DNA of 55,852 bases, counting the filler, from Sandaracinaceae bacterium (lineage in GTDB: Bacteria > Myxococcota_A > Polyangia > Polyangiales > JADJQN01): NCBI GenBank assembly GCA_947483975.1. It is 2 parts of 2 records of this genome, joined end to end, with 100 filler letters (N's around TTAATTAATTAA, not from the genome) between each part and the next. Parts side by side here need not be neighbours in the genome. Positions count along the whole stretch, not along the records: positions 1 to 27,942 come from CANKOL010000023.1; 1 more part is not named here. One strand, written 5' to 3'. A model generated the notes under the pieces. That model had not been told where the DNA came from. It saw only the letters and a list, made by a program, of their open reading frames with translations, and did not search any database. The position numbers and the translations under genes are program-made. Shown here one piece after another: positions 1-9,618 of this stretch. Each line of letters starts with the position of its first letter. The stretch's first letter is position 1.

Positions 1-2
1 GG

Positions 3-398
3 GTCCTGCCGCGCCTCCTGGCGCAAGCGGTCGCGTGCGGTGGCGCCGCGCTCGCGGCGTTCGGCGCGTCGAGCCTGCTGCCGTGGGTCGCGCTCGCGCT
101 GGTCACGCTCGTCGCGTTCGCGCTCGTCGAGCGGCGCGCCTCGCACCCGACCGACTCTGCCCGCACCGCGGCGGCCTTCCATCGCGCGCTGCGCCCGCTC
201 GGGCTCCCGCCGCTCCTCGTGCTCGGCGGCACACTCCTGCTCACGCTGGCTCTCACGCTCACCGTGACGCTGATTCCAGCGCTGACTCCCACGCTGACTC
301 TCACGCTCATTCCGCTCCTCACGCTGATCGTCCTCGGCGCGCTCCTGCTCGAGGAGCACGCTTGGCTGCGCGCGGGGCAGCTCGTTCCCAACTCCTGA
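3..398 (+). CDS. NrfD/PsrC-like membrane subunit, C-terminal part (5'-truncated by window)
   Basis: Frame 3 is open from the window edge to TGA 396-398. It encodes several hydrophobic helices ending ...EEHAWLRAGQLVPNS, a tail typical of NrfD-like subunits, and lies directly upstream of a molybdopterin oxidoreductase. Not in the ORF track. Confidence 0.6.
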   Translation, partial: VLPRLLAQAVACGGAALAAFGASSLLPWVALALVTLVAFALVERRASHPTDSARTAAAFHRALRPLGLPPLLVLGGTLLLTLALTLTVTLIPALTPTLTLTLIPLLTLIVLGALLLEEHAWLRAGQLVPNS

Positions 399-408
399 AG
401 GGGCCCTG

Positions 409-3144
409 ATGGACTTCGAATCGACGCCCCCCGTAGCGCAGTGGGACGACTGTGTGGAATACGACGCCGCCGCTTGGCCGCGCAAGGTCGAGCGACACTC
501 CGTGATCGTCCCGACGACGTGCTTCAACTGCGAGGCCGCGTGCGGGCTGCTCGCGTGGGTCGATCGGGACGATCTCTCGATTCGCCGCATCGAAGGGAAT
601 CCCCATCATCCAGCGTCGCGCGGGAGAGTCTGCGCGAAGGGTCCGGCGACGCTCGCGCAGGTGAACGACCCGCACAGAGTGCTGTATCCGCTCAAGCGGG
701 TCGGGCCACGCGGCGACGGGCGCTTCGAGCGCATCAGCTGGGACGAGGCGCTCGACACGCTCGCCGCGTCCATCCGCGCGGAGCTCGTCGCGGGCCGCAA
801 GACGACCGTCATGTATCACGTCGGCCGTCCGGGCCACGACGGCACGATGGAGCGCGTGCTCCAGGCGTGGGGCATCGATGGGCACAACTCGCACACCAAC
901 GTCTGCTCGGCGGCGGCGCGCCTCGGCTACGCGCTCACGCAGGGCGCGGATCGCCCGTCGCCCGATCACGCCAACGCCAAGGTGCTGCTGCTGCTCTCCT
1001 CGCACCTCGAGACGGGGCACTACTTCAACCCGCACGCGCAGCGGATCATGGAGGCGAAGGCGGCGGGCGCGAAGCTCGCCGTCGTGGACGTGCGCCTCTC
1101 GAACACCGCGACGTTCGCCGATTGGTGGCTCGCGCCGCACCCCGGCACCGAGGCTGCGCTGCTGCTGGCGATGGCGAATGTGCTGCTCCGAGAGGACTTG
1201 GTCGACTGGGAGTTCCTGCGCCGCTGGAGCAATTGGCAAGAGACGCTGACCGCGCTCGACCCGAGCGTTCCGGGGGAGTTCCCTCAGTTTCAGCGGGTCC
1301 TGAGGGCGCAATACGCCTCTTGGACTCCCACGCTCGCGGAGGCGGAGTGCGGTGTCTCCGCGACGATGATCGAGGAGGTCGCGCGCGCGATTGGGCAAGC
1401 GGGGGGCGCCTTCGCCTCGCACGTCTGGCGCAACGCGGCGTCTGGGAATCTCGGCGGTTGGCAGGTCGCGCGCTGTCTCTCCCTGCTCTCGATGCTGGCG
1501 GGCGCCGTCGGCACGAAGGGCGGCACCCACCTCGCGTCCGTCGACAAGTTCGTGCCGCCGCCGTACCTACGCCCGCCGCCGCAGGACGCGTGGAACGACC
1601 TGGCGTGGCCGGCCGAATACCCCCTCTCGCACCACGAGCTCTCGTTTCTACTCCCGCACTTCCTCGCCGAGGGGCGCGGGAAGATCGCGGTGTACTTCAC
1701 GCGCGTCTACAACCCCGTGTGGACCAACCCAGACGGCATGGTGTGGGAGGAGGCGCTGCGCGACGAGTCCCGCGTCGGCCTGCACGCCGCGCTGACGCCG
1801 ACGTGGAACGAGAGCGCTGCGGTCGCCGATCTCGTGCTCCCCGTGGGCCTCGCGCCCGAGCGACACGACCTGCAGAGCCAAGAGACGCACGGCGCGCGCT
1901 GGATCGCGTTTCGACAACCGGTGGTGCGCGTCGCGATGGAGCGACTCGGTCGCGCGGTGACCGACACGCGCGACGCAAACCCCGGCGAGGTCTGGGAGGA
2001 AGACGAGTTCTGGATCGCGCTCTCGTGGCGCATCGACCCCGACGGTGCGCTCGGGATTCGCAAGTGGTTCGAGTCGCCGACGCGGCCCGGCGAGGCGGTG
2101 ACCGTCGACGAATACTACGGGTGGATCTTCGAGCATTCGGTCCCGGGCTTGCCGGAGGCGGCGGCGAGAGAGGGCCTGACGCCGCTCGCCTATATGCGGC
2201 GATATGGCGCGTTCTTGACCGAGGCGGACACCTCGGACGCCCACGCCCGACCCGTACCGATCGAAGGAACCCTCGTCGCTGAGGACGAGACGATTCGCAA
2301 GGATGGGAAGGCGATCGGCGTGATGGTCGACGGGAAGCCGTGCGTTGGATTCCCGACGCAGACGCGCAAGCTGCAGCTCTGGAGTCGCACGCTCACGGAG
2401 TGGGGCTGGCCCGAGTATGCGATGCCCGGGGCGATCGAGAGTCATGTGCATCGCAGCCGACTCGCGCCTGGCGAGCTGGTGCTCGTCCCGACGTTCAGGC
2501 TGCCTGTGCACATCCACACGCGCTCCGCGAACGCGAAGTGGCTCGTGGAGCTCGCGAACACCAACCCGGTCTGGATTCACCCGGAGGACGCCGCACGCAT
2601 CGGCGTGAAGACGACTGACCTCGTGCGCGTCTCGACGCGCATCGGGCACCTCGTCAACCGAGTCTGGGTGACGGAGTCGATTCGCCCCGGCGTCGTCGCG
2701 TGCTCGCACCATATGGGGCGCTGGAGACGCGAAGGAGACGCGAGCACGGAGCGCTGGGCGAGCGCGAAGGTCGCCCGCGAGACGCTGTCGCCGGGGAAGT
2801 TCAGGCTGCGGCGCGTCAGCGATGTGGGGCCCTTCGAGAGCCGCGATCGAGACGCGCACCTCGTCTGGTGGAGCGAGGGCGGAGTGCACGAGAATCTCGT
2901 CTTTCCGGTCCAGCCAGACCCGGTGTCGGGGATGCACTGCTGGCATCAGGTCGTCCGCGTCGAGCGCGCGAGTCCCGACGATCGATATGGTGACTTGGTC
3001 GTCGACACCAACGCCTCGATGAGCGTCTATCGCGAGTGGCTGGCGCTCGCGCGTCCCCCGACGGGCGCGCTGCGCCGTCCCCTCGAGCTCGCGCGCGCCG
3101 TGCGCCCGAGCGACGACTCCTTTCGAAGACCCGCCTCGGGCTGA
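409..3144 (+). CDS. Molybdopterin-dependent oxidoreductase catalytic subunit (DMSO reductase superfamily)
   Basis: Fe-S motif CFNCEAAC...C(AKG), [28 protein letters not shown]-terminal molybdopterin dinucleotide-binding domain ([24 protein letters not shown]). No Tat signal visible. Confidence 0.92.
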   Translation: MDFESTPPVAQWDDCVEYDAAAWPRKVERHSVIVPTTCFNCEAACGLLAWVDRDDLSIRRIEGNPHHPASRGRVCAKGPATLAQVNDPHRVLYPLKRVGPRGDGRFERISWDEALDTLAASIRAELVAGRKTTVMYHVGRPGHDGTMERVLQAWGIDGHNSHTNVCSAAARLGYALTQGADRPSPDHANAKVLLLLSSHLETGHYFNPHAQRIMEAKAAGAKLAVVDVRLSNTATFADWWLAPHPGTEAALLLAMANVLLREDLVDWEFLRRWSNWQETLTALDPSVPGEFPQFQRVLRAQYASWTPTLAEAECGVSATMIEEVARAIGQAGGAFASHVWRNAASGNLGGWQVARCLSLLSMLAGAVGTKGGTHLASVDKFVPPPYLRPPPQDAWNDLAWPAEYPLSHHELSFLLPHFLAEGRGKIAVYFTRVYNPVWTNPDGMVWEEALRDESRVGLHAALTPTWNESAAVADLVLPVGLAPERHDLQSQETHGARWIAFRQPVVRVAMERLGRAVTDTRDANPGEVWEEDEFWIALSWRIDPDGALGIRKWFESPTRPGEAVTVDEYYGWIFEHSVPGLPEAAAREGLTPLAYMRRYGAFLTEADTSDAHARPVPIEGTLVAEDETIRKDGKAIGVMVDGKPCVGFPTQTRKLQLWSRTLTEWGWPEYAMPGAIESHVHRSRLAPGELVLVPTFRLPVHIHTRSANAKWLVELANTNPVWIHPEDAARIGVKTTDLVRVSTRIGHLVNRVWVTESIRPGVVACSHHMGRWRREGDASTERWASAKVARETLSPGKFRLRRVSDVGPFESRDRDAHLVWWSEGGVHENLVFPVQPDPVSGMHCWHQVVRVERASPDDRYGDLVVDTNASMSVYREWLALARPPTGALRRPLELARAVRPSDDSFRRPASG

Positions 3145-3268
3145 ACGCGCAGGGCACGCAGGCAAAGTCCGTGAAATGCCACGGGACCGCGGCCATTGCG
3201 GAGCACGGCCAGCCGTCGTATGTCACGGCGCGTCGTCCCGTGTGCCCCAATTTACGGGAAATGGCGCT

Positions 3269-3284
3269 GGGCACGGCGCGTGCT
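3269..3284 (+). promoter_or_regulatory. Putative sigma54 (-24/-12) promoter
   Basis: GGGCACGGCGCGTGCT matches TGGCAC-N5-TTGCW with GG and GC correctly spaced; ends 34 bp before ATG 3318. Confidence 0.6.
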
Positions 3285-3317
3285 CAGCGCACCGTCAGCG
3301 ATGGAAACCACCCCCCG

Positions 3318-4925
3318 ATGAACCTCGAACTTCCCGTCTGGCGCGAGGCGTGTCGGCACCTCGACATCGAGGAGTCGGTCGCGCGAATGCTCCCGACGCT
3401 CGCGAACGCGCTGCCGATCGGCGCGGTGATCGTCCGACGCCTGGACGTGGAGCGGGCGCGGCTGGAGACCGTGGCCGCGTCGACGCGAGAGGGGGTCGAG
3501 GTGCGCGGCGCGACGCGGAGCGAGCTCACCGCCGACGGCTTGGAAGGGGTCGCGCGCTTGGCGACGGCGGGCAGCCTACGGCACGCGCACTCGGACACGT
3601 TCGCCGGGAGCGATGACCTGCTGGCGCGCCTCGTGCCGACGGGCGTCTTCGGGGACGTGATCGCGGGCGTGCTCGCGGAGGAGGGGCGAGCGATCGGCGT
3701 GCTCGTGCTCGTCGCGAGTCCGGGGCGCCGCTATTCGAGTAAGGACGAGACGACCGCGCGCTCGCTGCTGGAGCCGTTCGCGGTCGCGCTGCTCAACGAC
3801 GCGCGGGTCCACGAGCTCGCGCGGCTCCGCGAGGCGGTCGAGGCGGAGAACCGCGCGCTGCTCTCGCGCCTCGGGCGGCAGAGCATCGTCGAGTCCATCG
3901 TCGGCGAACACGGCGGCTTGCGGCTCGTGATGGAGCGCGTGGAGCAGGTCGCCAACACCGATGTTCCGGTGCTCGTCCTCGGCGAGACGGGGAGCGGCAA
4001 AGAGGTCGTCGCGCGCGCGCTGCACGAGCGCTCGCGGCGCGCGAGCGGGCCGATCGTGCGAGTGAACTGCGGGGCGATCCCTACCGAGCTCGTCGACAGC
4101 GAGCTCTTCGGACACGAGCGCGGGGCCTTCACGGGCGCGGCGTTCGCGCGCAAGGGGTGGTTCGAGCGTGCAGACGGCGGCACGCTCTTTCTCGACGAGG
4201 TCGGCGAGCTGCCGCTCGCTGCGCAGGTGCGGCTCTTGCGCATCCTGCAGGACGGGACCCTCGAGCGGGTCGGTGGGCAGCGCACGGTGACGGTCGACGT
4301 GCGCATCGTCGCCGCGACGCACCGCGACCTCTACGCGATGGTCGAGGAGGGACGCTTCCGCGAGGACCTCTGGTATCGCATCAGCGTGTTTCCGCTGCGC
4401 CTTCCGGCCCTGCGCGAGCGCCTCGAGGACCTCCCGGGGCTCGCCGCGCACTTCGCCGCGCGCGCCGGCGAGCGACTCGGCGCGGGGCCGCTCACGCCGA
4501 GCGACGACGACCTCGCGCGCCTCCTCGCCTATCCGTGGCCCGGCAACGTGCGCGAGCTCGCGTCCGTGATCGAGCGCGCCGCGATCCTCGGTCATGGCAG
4601 GCGGCTCGAGATCGCGTCTTCGCTCGGCGCCGACGGGCGGCACCCCAGCGCCGCGAGCGCGGCGACAAGTACGCGGCGCCCGCCGATCGCGCCCGCGAGC
4701 CCGACGGGAGCGCGGGAGTCCGGCGTCGCGCACCTCGACGAGGCGATGGTGCGACACATCGAGACAGCGCTCGCTCAGACGGGCGGACGCATCGAGGGCG
4801 CGCGCGGTGCCGCGGCGCTGCTCGGCATCAACCCACACACGCTGAGAGCCCGGATGCGCAAGCACGGCATCGACTGGGCCCGCTTCCGCGAGGCCGAAGT
4901 GCCCACGACGAAGCGCGTCCCTTGA
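3318..4925 (+). CDS. Sigma54-dependent Fis-family enhancer-binding protein with GAF-like N-terminal domain
   Basis: GETGSGKE Walker [39 protein letters not shown] and C-terminal HTH ([16 protein letters not shown]). Start taken as ATG 3318 (MNLELP). Confidence 0.95.
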   Translation: MNLELPVWREACRHLDIEESVARMLPTLANALPIGAVIVRRLDVERARLETVAASTREGVEVRGATRSELTADGLEGVARLATAGSLRHAHSDTFAGSDDLLARLVPTGVFGDVIAGVLAEEGRAIGVLVLVASPGRRYSSKDETTARSLLEPFAVALLNDARVHELARLREAVEAENRALLSRLGRQSIVESIVGEHGGLRLVMERVEQVANTDVPVLVLGETGSGKEVVARALHERSRRASGPIVRVNCGAIPTELVDSELFGHERGAFTGAAFARKGWFERADGGTLFLDEVGELPLAAQVRLLRILQDGTLERVGGQRTVTVDVRIVAATHRDLYAMVEEGRFREDLWYRISVFPLRLPALRERLEDLPGLAAHFAARAGERLGAGPLTPSDDDLARLLAYPWPGNVRELASVIERAAILGHGRRLEIASSLGADGRHPSAASAATSTRRPPIAPASPTGARESGVAHLDEAMVRHIETALAQTGGRIEGARGAAALLGINPHTLRARMRKHGIDWARFREAEVPTTKRVP

Positions 4926-5003
4926 GCGCGCGCTCCACGCGACGGTCACGCGCCGACGCCGCGCCGACCTGACAGCGCGCGCCGCGTGAGGCAGCGTTGC
5001 GCG

Positions 5004-5831
5004 ATGCTGGATCTCCAAGAGCTCACGGAAGCCCGCGACACCGCGCTCGCCATCGCGCGCGAGGCGGGCGCGCTCCTGATGAGCGGCTGGCGGAAGAATC
5101 CCCACGTCTCGAAGAAGGGCACGATCGACCTCGTCACCGAGTTCGATCTGCGGAGCGAGACGCTGCTGCGCGAGCGCCTCGGGCGCGCGTTTCCGAATCA
5201 CACCATCGTCGCCGAGGAGGGCGCCGCGCGGGACGTCATCGACACACGCCCCGTCTGGTACGTCGACCCCATCGACGGCACGACGAACTTCGCGCACGGG
5301 CACTTCTTCTTCGCCGTCTCGCTCGGGCTCGCGGTGCGCGGCGAGCCTGTCCTCGGCGTCGTGCACGCGCCCGCGCTGCAGACCACCTTTTCGGGCGCCG
5401 TCGGGCTCGGCGCCGTCCGCTCGTCCGCGACGGGCGGCGAAGAGCCCTGCGTGCCGAGCCGCACCGCGCTCCTCGACGACGCGCTGATCGCGACGGGCTT
5501 CCCCTACGACCGCCGCGTCAGCGCAGAGAACAACCTGCGCGAGTTCGCCGCGATGAAGGTGCGCACGCAGGGGCTCCGACGCTGCGGCGCCGCGTCGCTC
5601 GATCTCTGCCTCGTCGCCGACGGCACCTACGACGCGTACTGGGAGCAGAAGCTCGCGCCGTGGGACCTCGCGGGCGGCTGCGGCGTGCTGCGCGCCGCGG
5701 GCGGGCGCGTGACGGGCTACGACGGAGTCCCGCTCGACCTCGCCGCGGGCCGCGCCATCGCGACCAACGGCGTGCTCCACGACGCGCTCGTCGCCGCGAT
5801 CGCCGAGGCGCGCGCCGCAGCGCTCGTGTAA
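5004..5831 (+). CDS. suhB: Inositol monophosphatase family protein
   Basis: DLVTEFD, AEEG, WYVDPIDGTTNFAHG, GAASLDLC and LAPWDLAGG motifs. Confidence 0.9.
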   Translation: MLDLQELTEARDTALAIAREAGALLMSGWRKNPHVSKKGTIDLVTEFDLRSETLLRERLGRAFPNHTIVAEEGAARDVIDTRPVWYVDPIDGTTNFAHGHFFFAVSLGLAVRGEPVLGVVHAPALQTTFSGAVGLGAVRSSATGGEEPCVPSRTALLDDALIATGFPYDRRVSAENNLREFAAMKVRTQGLRRCGAASLDLCLVADGTYDAYWEQKLAPWDLAGGCGVLRAAGGRVTGYDGVPLDLAAGRAIATNGVLHDALVAAIAEARAAALV

Positions 5832-5841
5832 CGTTCGGCGC

Positions 5842-7707
5842 GTGACCACGCCCGCCGCCCCCGATCCGCACGCGACGTCCCGCAAGACCTGGCTGCCCGC
5901 CGTCGGCACCTGGAAATACCACGCGATGCTCGCGGGCATCGGCATCTTCATCCTCGGTCCGCTCGGCGGCGTCACCGCCTCGTACATGAACTTCTCGCTC
6001 GGCTTCTTCGTCGGCGGGCAGGTGCTCGCGGGCATCCTCGGCTCGAGCGTCACCTACGGCTACGGCGCCGAGGGCAAACACGGCGCGAACTTCATGCAGA
6101 CCGCCGCCGCGTCCGTCGCGAGCATGAGCGGCATGGCGGTCCTCGTGCAGGCGATGGTCTGGCTCGGCCTCCCGCAGCCGCCCGCTTGGCAGATGATCCT
6201 CTACCTGATGTGCATCGGGATGTTCGGCGTCGGCGTCGGCATGCTCTACACGCCGGTCCTCGTCGATCGCCTGCAGCTGACGTTCCCCTCGGGCCTCGCG
6301 GTCGCGAACATCCTCCGCGCGCTCACCGACAAGCGCCTGCTCAAGGCGTCGATCGCCAAGCTCGGCGGCGGCGCGCTCCTCGGCGTCGTGGGCGGGCTCG
6401 CCGCGACGTTCGTCCCGTTCCTCGGCGTGATCGAGCTCAGCACCTCGACGCTCGGCGCCGGCATGATCGTCGGCGCGCGCATCGGCATCCCCGCCATCGT
6501 CGGCGGGCTGCTCTCGTCCGCGCTGATGCCGTATTTCATCTCGATCGGCTGGCTCGCGCCCGGGCAGCCCTTCCGCAAGATCACGTTTCTGATCGCGCTC
6601 GGCATGATCATGGGCGCCGCGATCGTCGATCTCTCCATCATCTTCTGGAAGGCCGCCAAGCGCGTCCAAGAGCAGCGCAGCGCGCCGAAGATCGCGGCGG
6701 GCGAGGTCGCGGGCGAGGAGTGGAAGCGCACGAGCACGAGCCGCCTGATCGCCTGGGTCGTGTTCTGGGGCGCCGGCATCGCCCTCGTCGGCTCGACGAT
6801 CCTGCACGTGCCGCTCGGCTTTCTGCTCTTCGCCATCGCGCTCGTCTTCCTCTTCGCGATGGTCAACGGCATCTCGCTCGGCATCTCCGACTCCAACCCG
6901 ATCTCGTCGGCGTTCGTCGTCACCGTCGTGCTGATGGGCGCGCTGGGTCTGCGCGACGCCGGGGTCGGCTTGATGGCGGGCTCGATCTTGCTCGTCTCGA
7001 CGAGCATCGCCTGCGATATGCAGCAGGACCGCTCGACCGGCTGGCGCCTCGGCACGAGCCGAGTGCTGCAGTTCCGCTATCAGGTCGCGGGCGTCACGAT
7101 GGGCGCGATCCTCGCGGTCGTGTTCGCGAAGATCTTCATGCAGGCCTATCCCGATCTGACGCTCGATCAGACGGTGCTGAGCGAGGCGCAGCAGCCCAAG
7201 CAGTGGGGCGCCGCGATGACCTACAAGTTCGTCGGCGCGCTGCGCAGCCTAACGCAACACTCGACCCATCTGCGCACGGCCATCTGGGTGGGAGTCGCCA
7301 TCGGCTTCGCGACTGAGCTGCTCCGCAAGCTCGTCAAATCCCTCACTGCCTACAAGACCTTCGTCGCGAGCGGGCGCGCGGGTTTCGCCACCGACTTCAT
7401 CCTCGACGCCGTCGTGCTGCCGAGCCCCTACGCCTCGTCGTTCGGCGGCTTCGTCAACCTCCCGACGTCCCTCTGGTTCGGCGCCGGCGGCCTCCTCTCG
7501 AGCGCCCTCAACACCTTCTCCGAGAAGAAGAAGGCCGCCGCAGCGACGGCCACCAAGGACGCTCCGGCGGGCGACGCCGAGGAGCTCCCCGAGGACATGA
7601 GCACGACCTCGCTCGTCGGCGGCGGGCTCCTCGCGGGCGATTCGCTCGCCGCCCTCGCGCTCGGCATCTACGGCCTGCTGTCGACGATCTTCGGCGGCGG
7701 TCACTGA
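5842..7707 (+). CDS. OPT/YSL family oligopeptide transporter
   Basis: Polytopic hydrophobic protein with ANFMQTAAAS, LTFPSGLAVA, SDSNPIS and ACDMQQDRSTGWRLG motifs. Confidence 0.85.
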   Translation: MTTPAAPDPHATSRKTWLPAVGTWKYHAMLAGIGIFILGPLGGVTASYMNFSLGFFVGGQVLAGILGSSVTYGYGAEGKHGANFMQTAAASVASMSGMAVLVQAMVWLGLPQPPAWQMILYLMCIGMFGVGVGMLYTPVLVDRLQLTFPSGLAVANILRALTDKRLLKASIAKLGGGALLGVVGGLAATFVPFLGVIELSTSTLGAGMIVGARIGIPAIVGGLLSSALMPYFISIGWLAPGQPFRKITFLIALGMIMGAAIVDLSIIFWKAAKRVQEQRSAPKIAAGEVAGEEWKRTSTSRLIAWVVFWGAGIALVGSTILHVPLGFLLFAIALVFLFAMVNGISLGISDSNPISSAFVVTVVLMGALGLRDAGVGLMAGSILLVSTSIACDMQQDRSTGWRLGTSRVLQFRYQVAGVTMGAILAVVFAKIFMQAYPDLTLDQTVLSEAQQPKQWGAAMTYKFVGALRSLTQHSTHLRTAIWVGVAIGFATELLRKLVKSLTAYKTFVASGRAGFATDFILDAVVLPSPYASSFGGFVNLPTSLWFGAGGLLSSALNTFSEKKKAAAATATKDAPAGDAEELPEDMSTTSLVGGGLLAGDSLAALALGIYGLLSTIFGGGH

Positions 7708-7762
7708 GCCGCAGCGCCCAAGCAGCGCTCGGCTGCGCAGCGTGGAGTCGGCGAGCGCGCGC

Positions 7763-9610
7763 TCAGCCTATGATCACGCACTGTTTGCTGACCTCGACCT
7801 GAAAGCCGCGGAAGCGCGGCGTCGAGTAGCTCGCGCCGCGGGAGCGCCACGAGCCGAGCTCGACGCTGACCTCGAGGAGCGCGCCCGGCGTGACGCCCGC
7901 CGCGGTGAGCGCCGCGCCGACCTCCACCGGAGACGCGTCGCTCGGCACCTCGGCGACGCGCACCCAGGGCTGCGCCATCAGCGCAGCGCGCGTGTCCGCC
8001 GTGCGCACCCGAATCGTCAGCGAGGTGCCGTCGGGGACGTCCGCGTCAAACGTCATCGTCCGCCAGCTCGTCGGCCCCTCGGGCGCCCCCGGACACGCGT
8101 CCACGACGTGTCGGTAATACCCCGTCAGGCTCGTCGCGATGCGCAGTTGCTGACCGGTCATATCCGAATACGTGTAGGGCTGTACGAGCACCGGCACGAC
8201 CGCCGTCCACACCGTGAACTCGTCGATCGCCGCGCCCGGCACGACGACCGTCGCGTCGTCGTTCGCCTGATTGATCGCCCAGACCTTGCCGTCATCGTCG
8301 ACGGCGACGCCCTTCGGCGAAGAGCCCACGGTCGCCGGCACGATCGCAAAGCGTGACGGGTCCTCCGCGTCGATGCGCACGAGCCCCTGGTCCATGCCCG
8401 CGCCCCAGATGTTGCCGATTCCGTCCGCGGCAATCCCGTGGACGAAGATCGAGGTCAGCGTCGTGCGCAGCCGCGTCCCCGGCGGCGCGAGCGGGTCGTA
8501 GCGCTTCGGTGAGGTGCCGCCGCCGAGCCAAACCCGCTGTCGCGCATCGACCGTAATCCCGTACATCCCGTCCGGGATGTCGATGGATTGCAGCACACAG
8601 TCATCGCCCCCCGCCTCGCGGCAGGGCGTCACGACGCAGCTCGCGGCGTCGACGCAGCGGGTCGTATCCACGCGCCCAAGCACGTTGCCGAGAGACGCGA
8701 TCCACAGATTCTGCCGCCCATCGAACGCGAAGCCGTACGGCTGCGCGGGCGCCGGAACTCGAAACAAGAGGGCCCCCGTCGTGCCATCGAGCTTGCTCAT
8801 CTCGGAGGTGTCGTAGGTGCCCGCCCAGACATACTCGACGAGCTCGCCGTCCGGTCCCCGCTCGACGTGCGCGGCGATGGCGCGCGTCAGCCCACCGAGC
8901 AGCGGGGTATTCCAGAGCACGCAGTCGTCGTCGCCCCAGGGCAGCAACTCCGTCGTACCGTGCGAGGTCGTGATCCGCCCGTCGCCGTTGGTGTCGGGGC
9001 ACGCGTCCCCGAGCGACGAGATCTTCGTCACGCTCATCTGCCCGCGATTGCCGATGTAGACGTCGCCGCCGAGCCCCACCGAGGTACGAGACGGGTCGTT
9101 GAGCAATCCCGCCGGTCCGGTGTAATAGCGCGCGAGCTCTTCGAAGGTGCGAGTGTCCACCTTCGACACGGTCCCTTGTCCAGTGTTGGCGATCCAGATC
9201 AGGTGATTCGAGACGAAGGTCTGCCGCTCGAGCGCGAGCGCGCCTGTGTCGTCGACGACGAGTCCCTCGCTCGGGTCCGCCGCGAGATCGAAGCCGTCCG
9301 CGCCAGGAAAGCCGACCGGGCGACAGTTCGAGTCGCAGTCTCCGCACGCCGACAACACCCCTTCATCGACGGTCGCGTCACAGTCGTTGTCGACTCCATC
9401 ACAGACCTCGACGCCGGTCTGCGCCGCGTTGGTGTCGTCGCAATCCGGCCCGGCAGCGCAGCCTACGCCGTAGCCGTCTCCGTCCACGTCAGCGCACACG
9501 AAGAGGTCAGGTCCCGCGTCGCGCGGGGCGACGGGGATGGGCACCTCGCGCCCGCCGCAAGCGGAAGAGAGCGACAGAAGCAGCAGCGAGAGGACGCGGG
9601 TTCGACTCAT
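7763..9610 (-). CDS. Secreted lipoprotein: Cys/Asp metal-binding repeat plus beta-propeller domain
   Basis: Signal/lipobox LSLSSAC; DVDGDGYG..DCDD..EVCDGVDNDCD repeat; propeller-like WIANT, PSRTSV, PYGFAFDG, PKGVAVD, YTYSDMTG. Start ATG 9610. Confidence 0.75.
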   Translation of the reverse strand: MSRTRVLSLLLLSLSSACGGREVPIPVAPRDAGPDLFVCADVDGDGYGVGCAAGPDCDDTNAAQTGVEVCDGVDNDCDATVDEGVLSACGDCDSNCRPVGFPGADGFDLAADPSEGLVVDDTGALALERQTFVSNHLIWIANTGQGTVSKVDTRTFEELARYYTGPAGLLNDPSRTSVGLGGDVYIGNRGQMSVTKISSLGDACPDTNGDGRITTSHGTTELLPWGDDDCVLWNTPLLGGLTRAIAAHVERGPDGELVEYVWAGTYDTSEMSKLDGTTGALLFRVPAPAQPYGFAFDGRQNLWIASLGNVLGRVDTTRCVDAASCVVTPCREAGGDDCVLQSIDIPDGMYGITVDARQRVWLGGGTSPKRYDPLAPPGTRLRTTLTSIFVHGIAADGIGNIWGAGMDQGLVRIDAEDPSRFAIVPATVGSSPKGVAVDDDGKVWAINQANDDATVVVPGAAIDEFTVWTAVVPVLVQPYTYSDMTGQQLRIATSLTGYYRHVVDACPGAPEGPTSWRTMTFDADVPDGTSLTIRVRTADTRAALMAQPWVRVAEVPSDASPVEVGAALTAAGVTPGALLEVSVELGSWRSRGASYSTPRFRGFQVEVSKQCVIIG

Positions 9611-9618
9611 GGTTCGCC

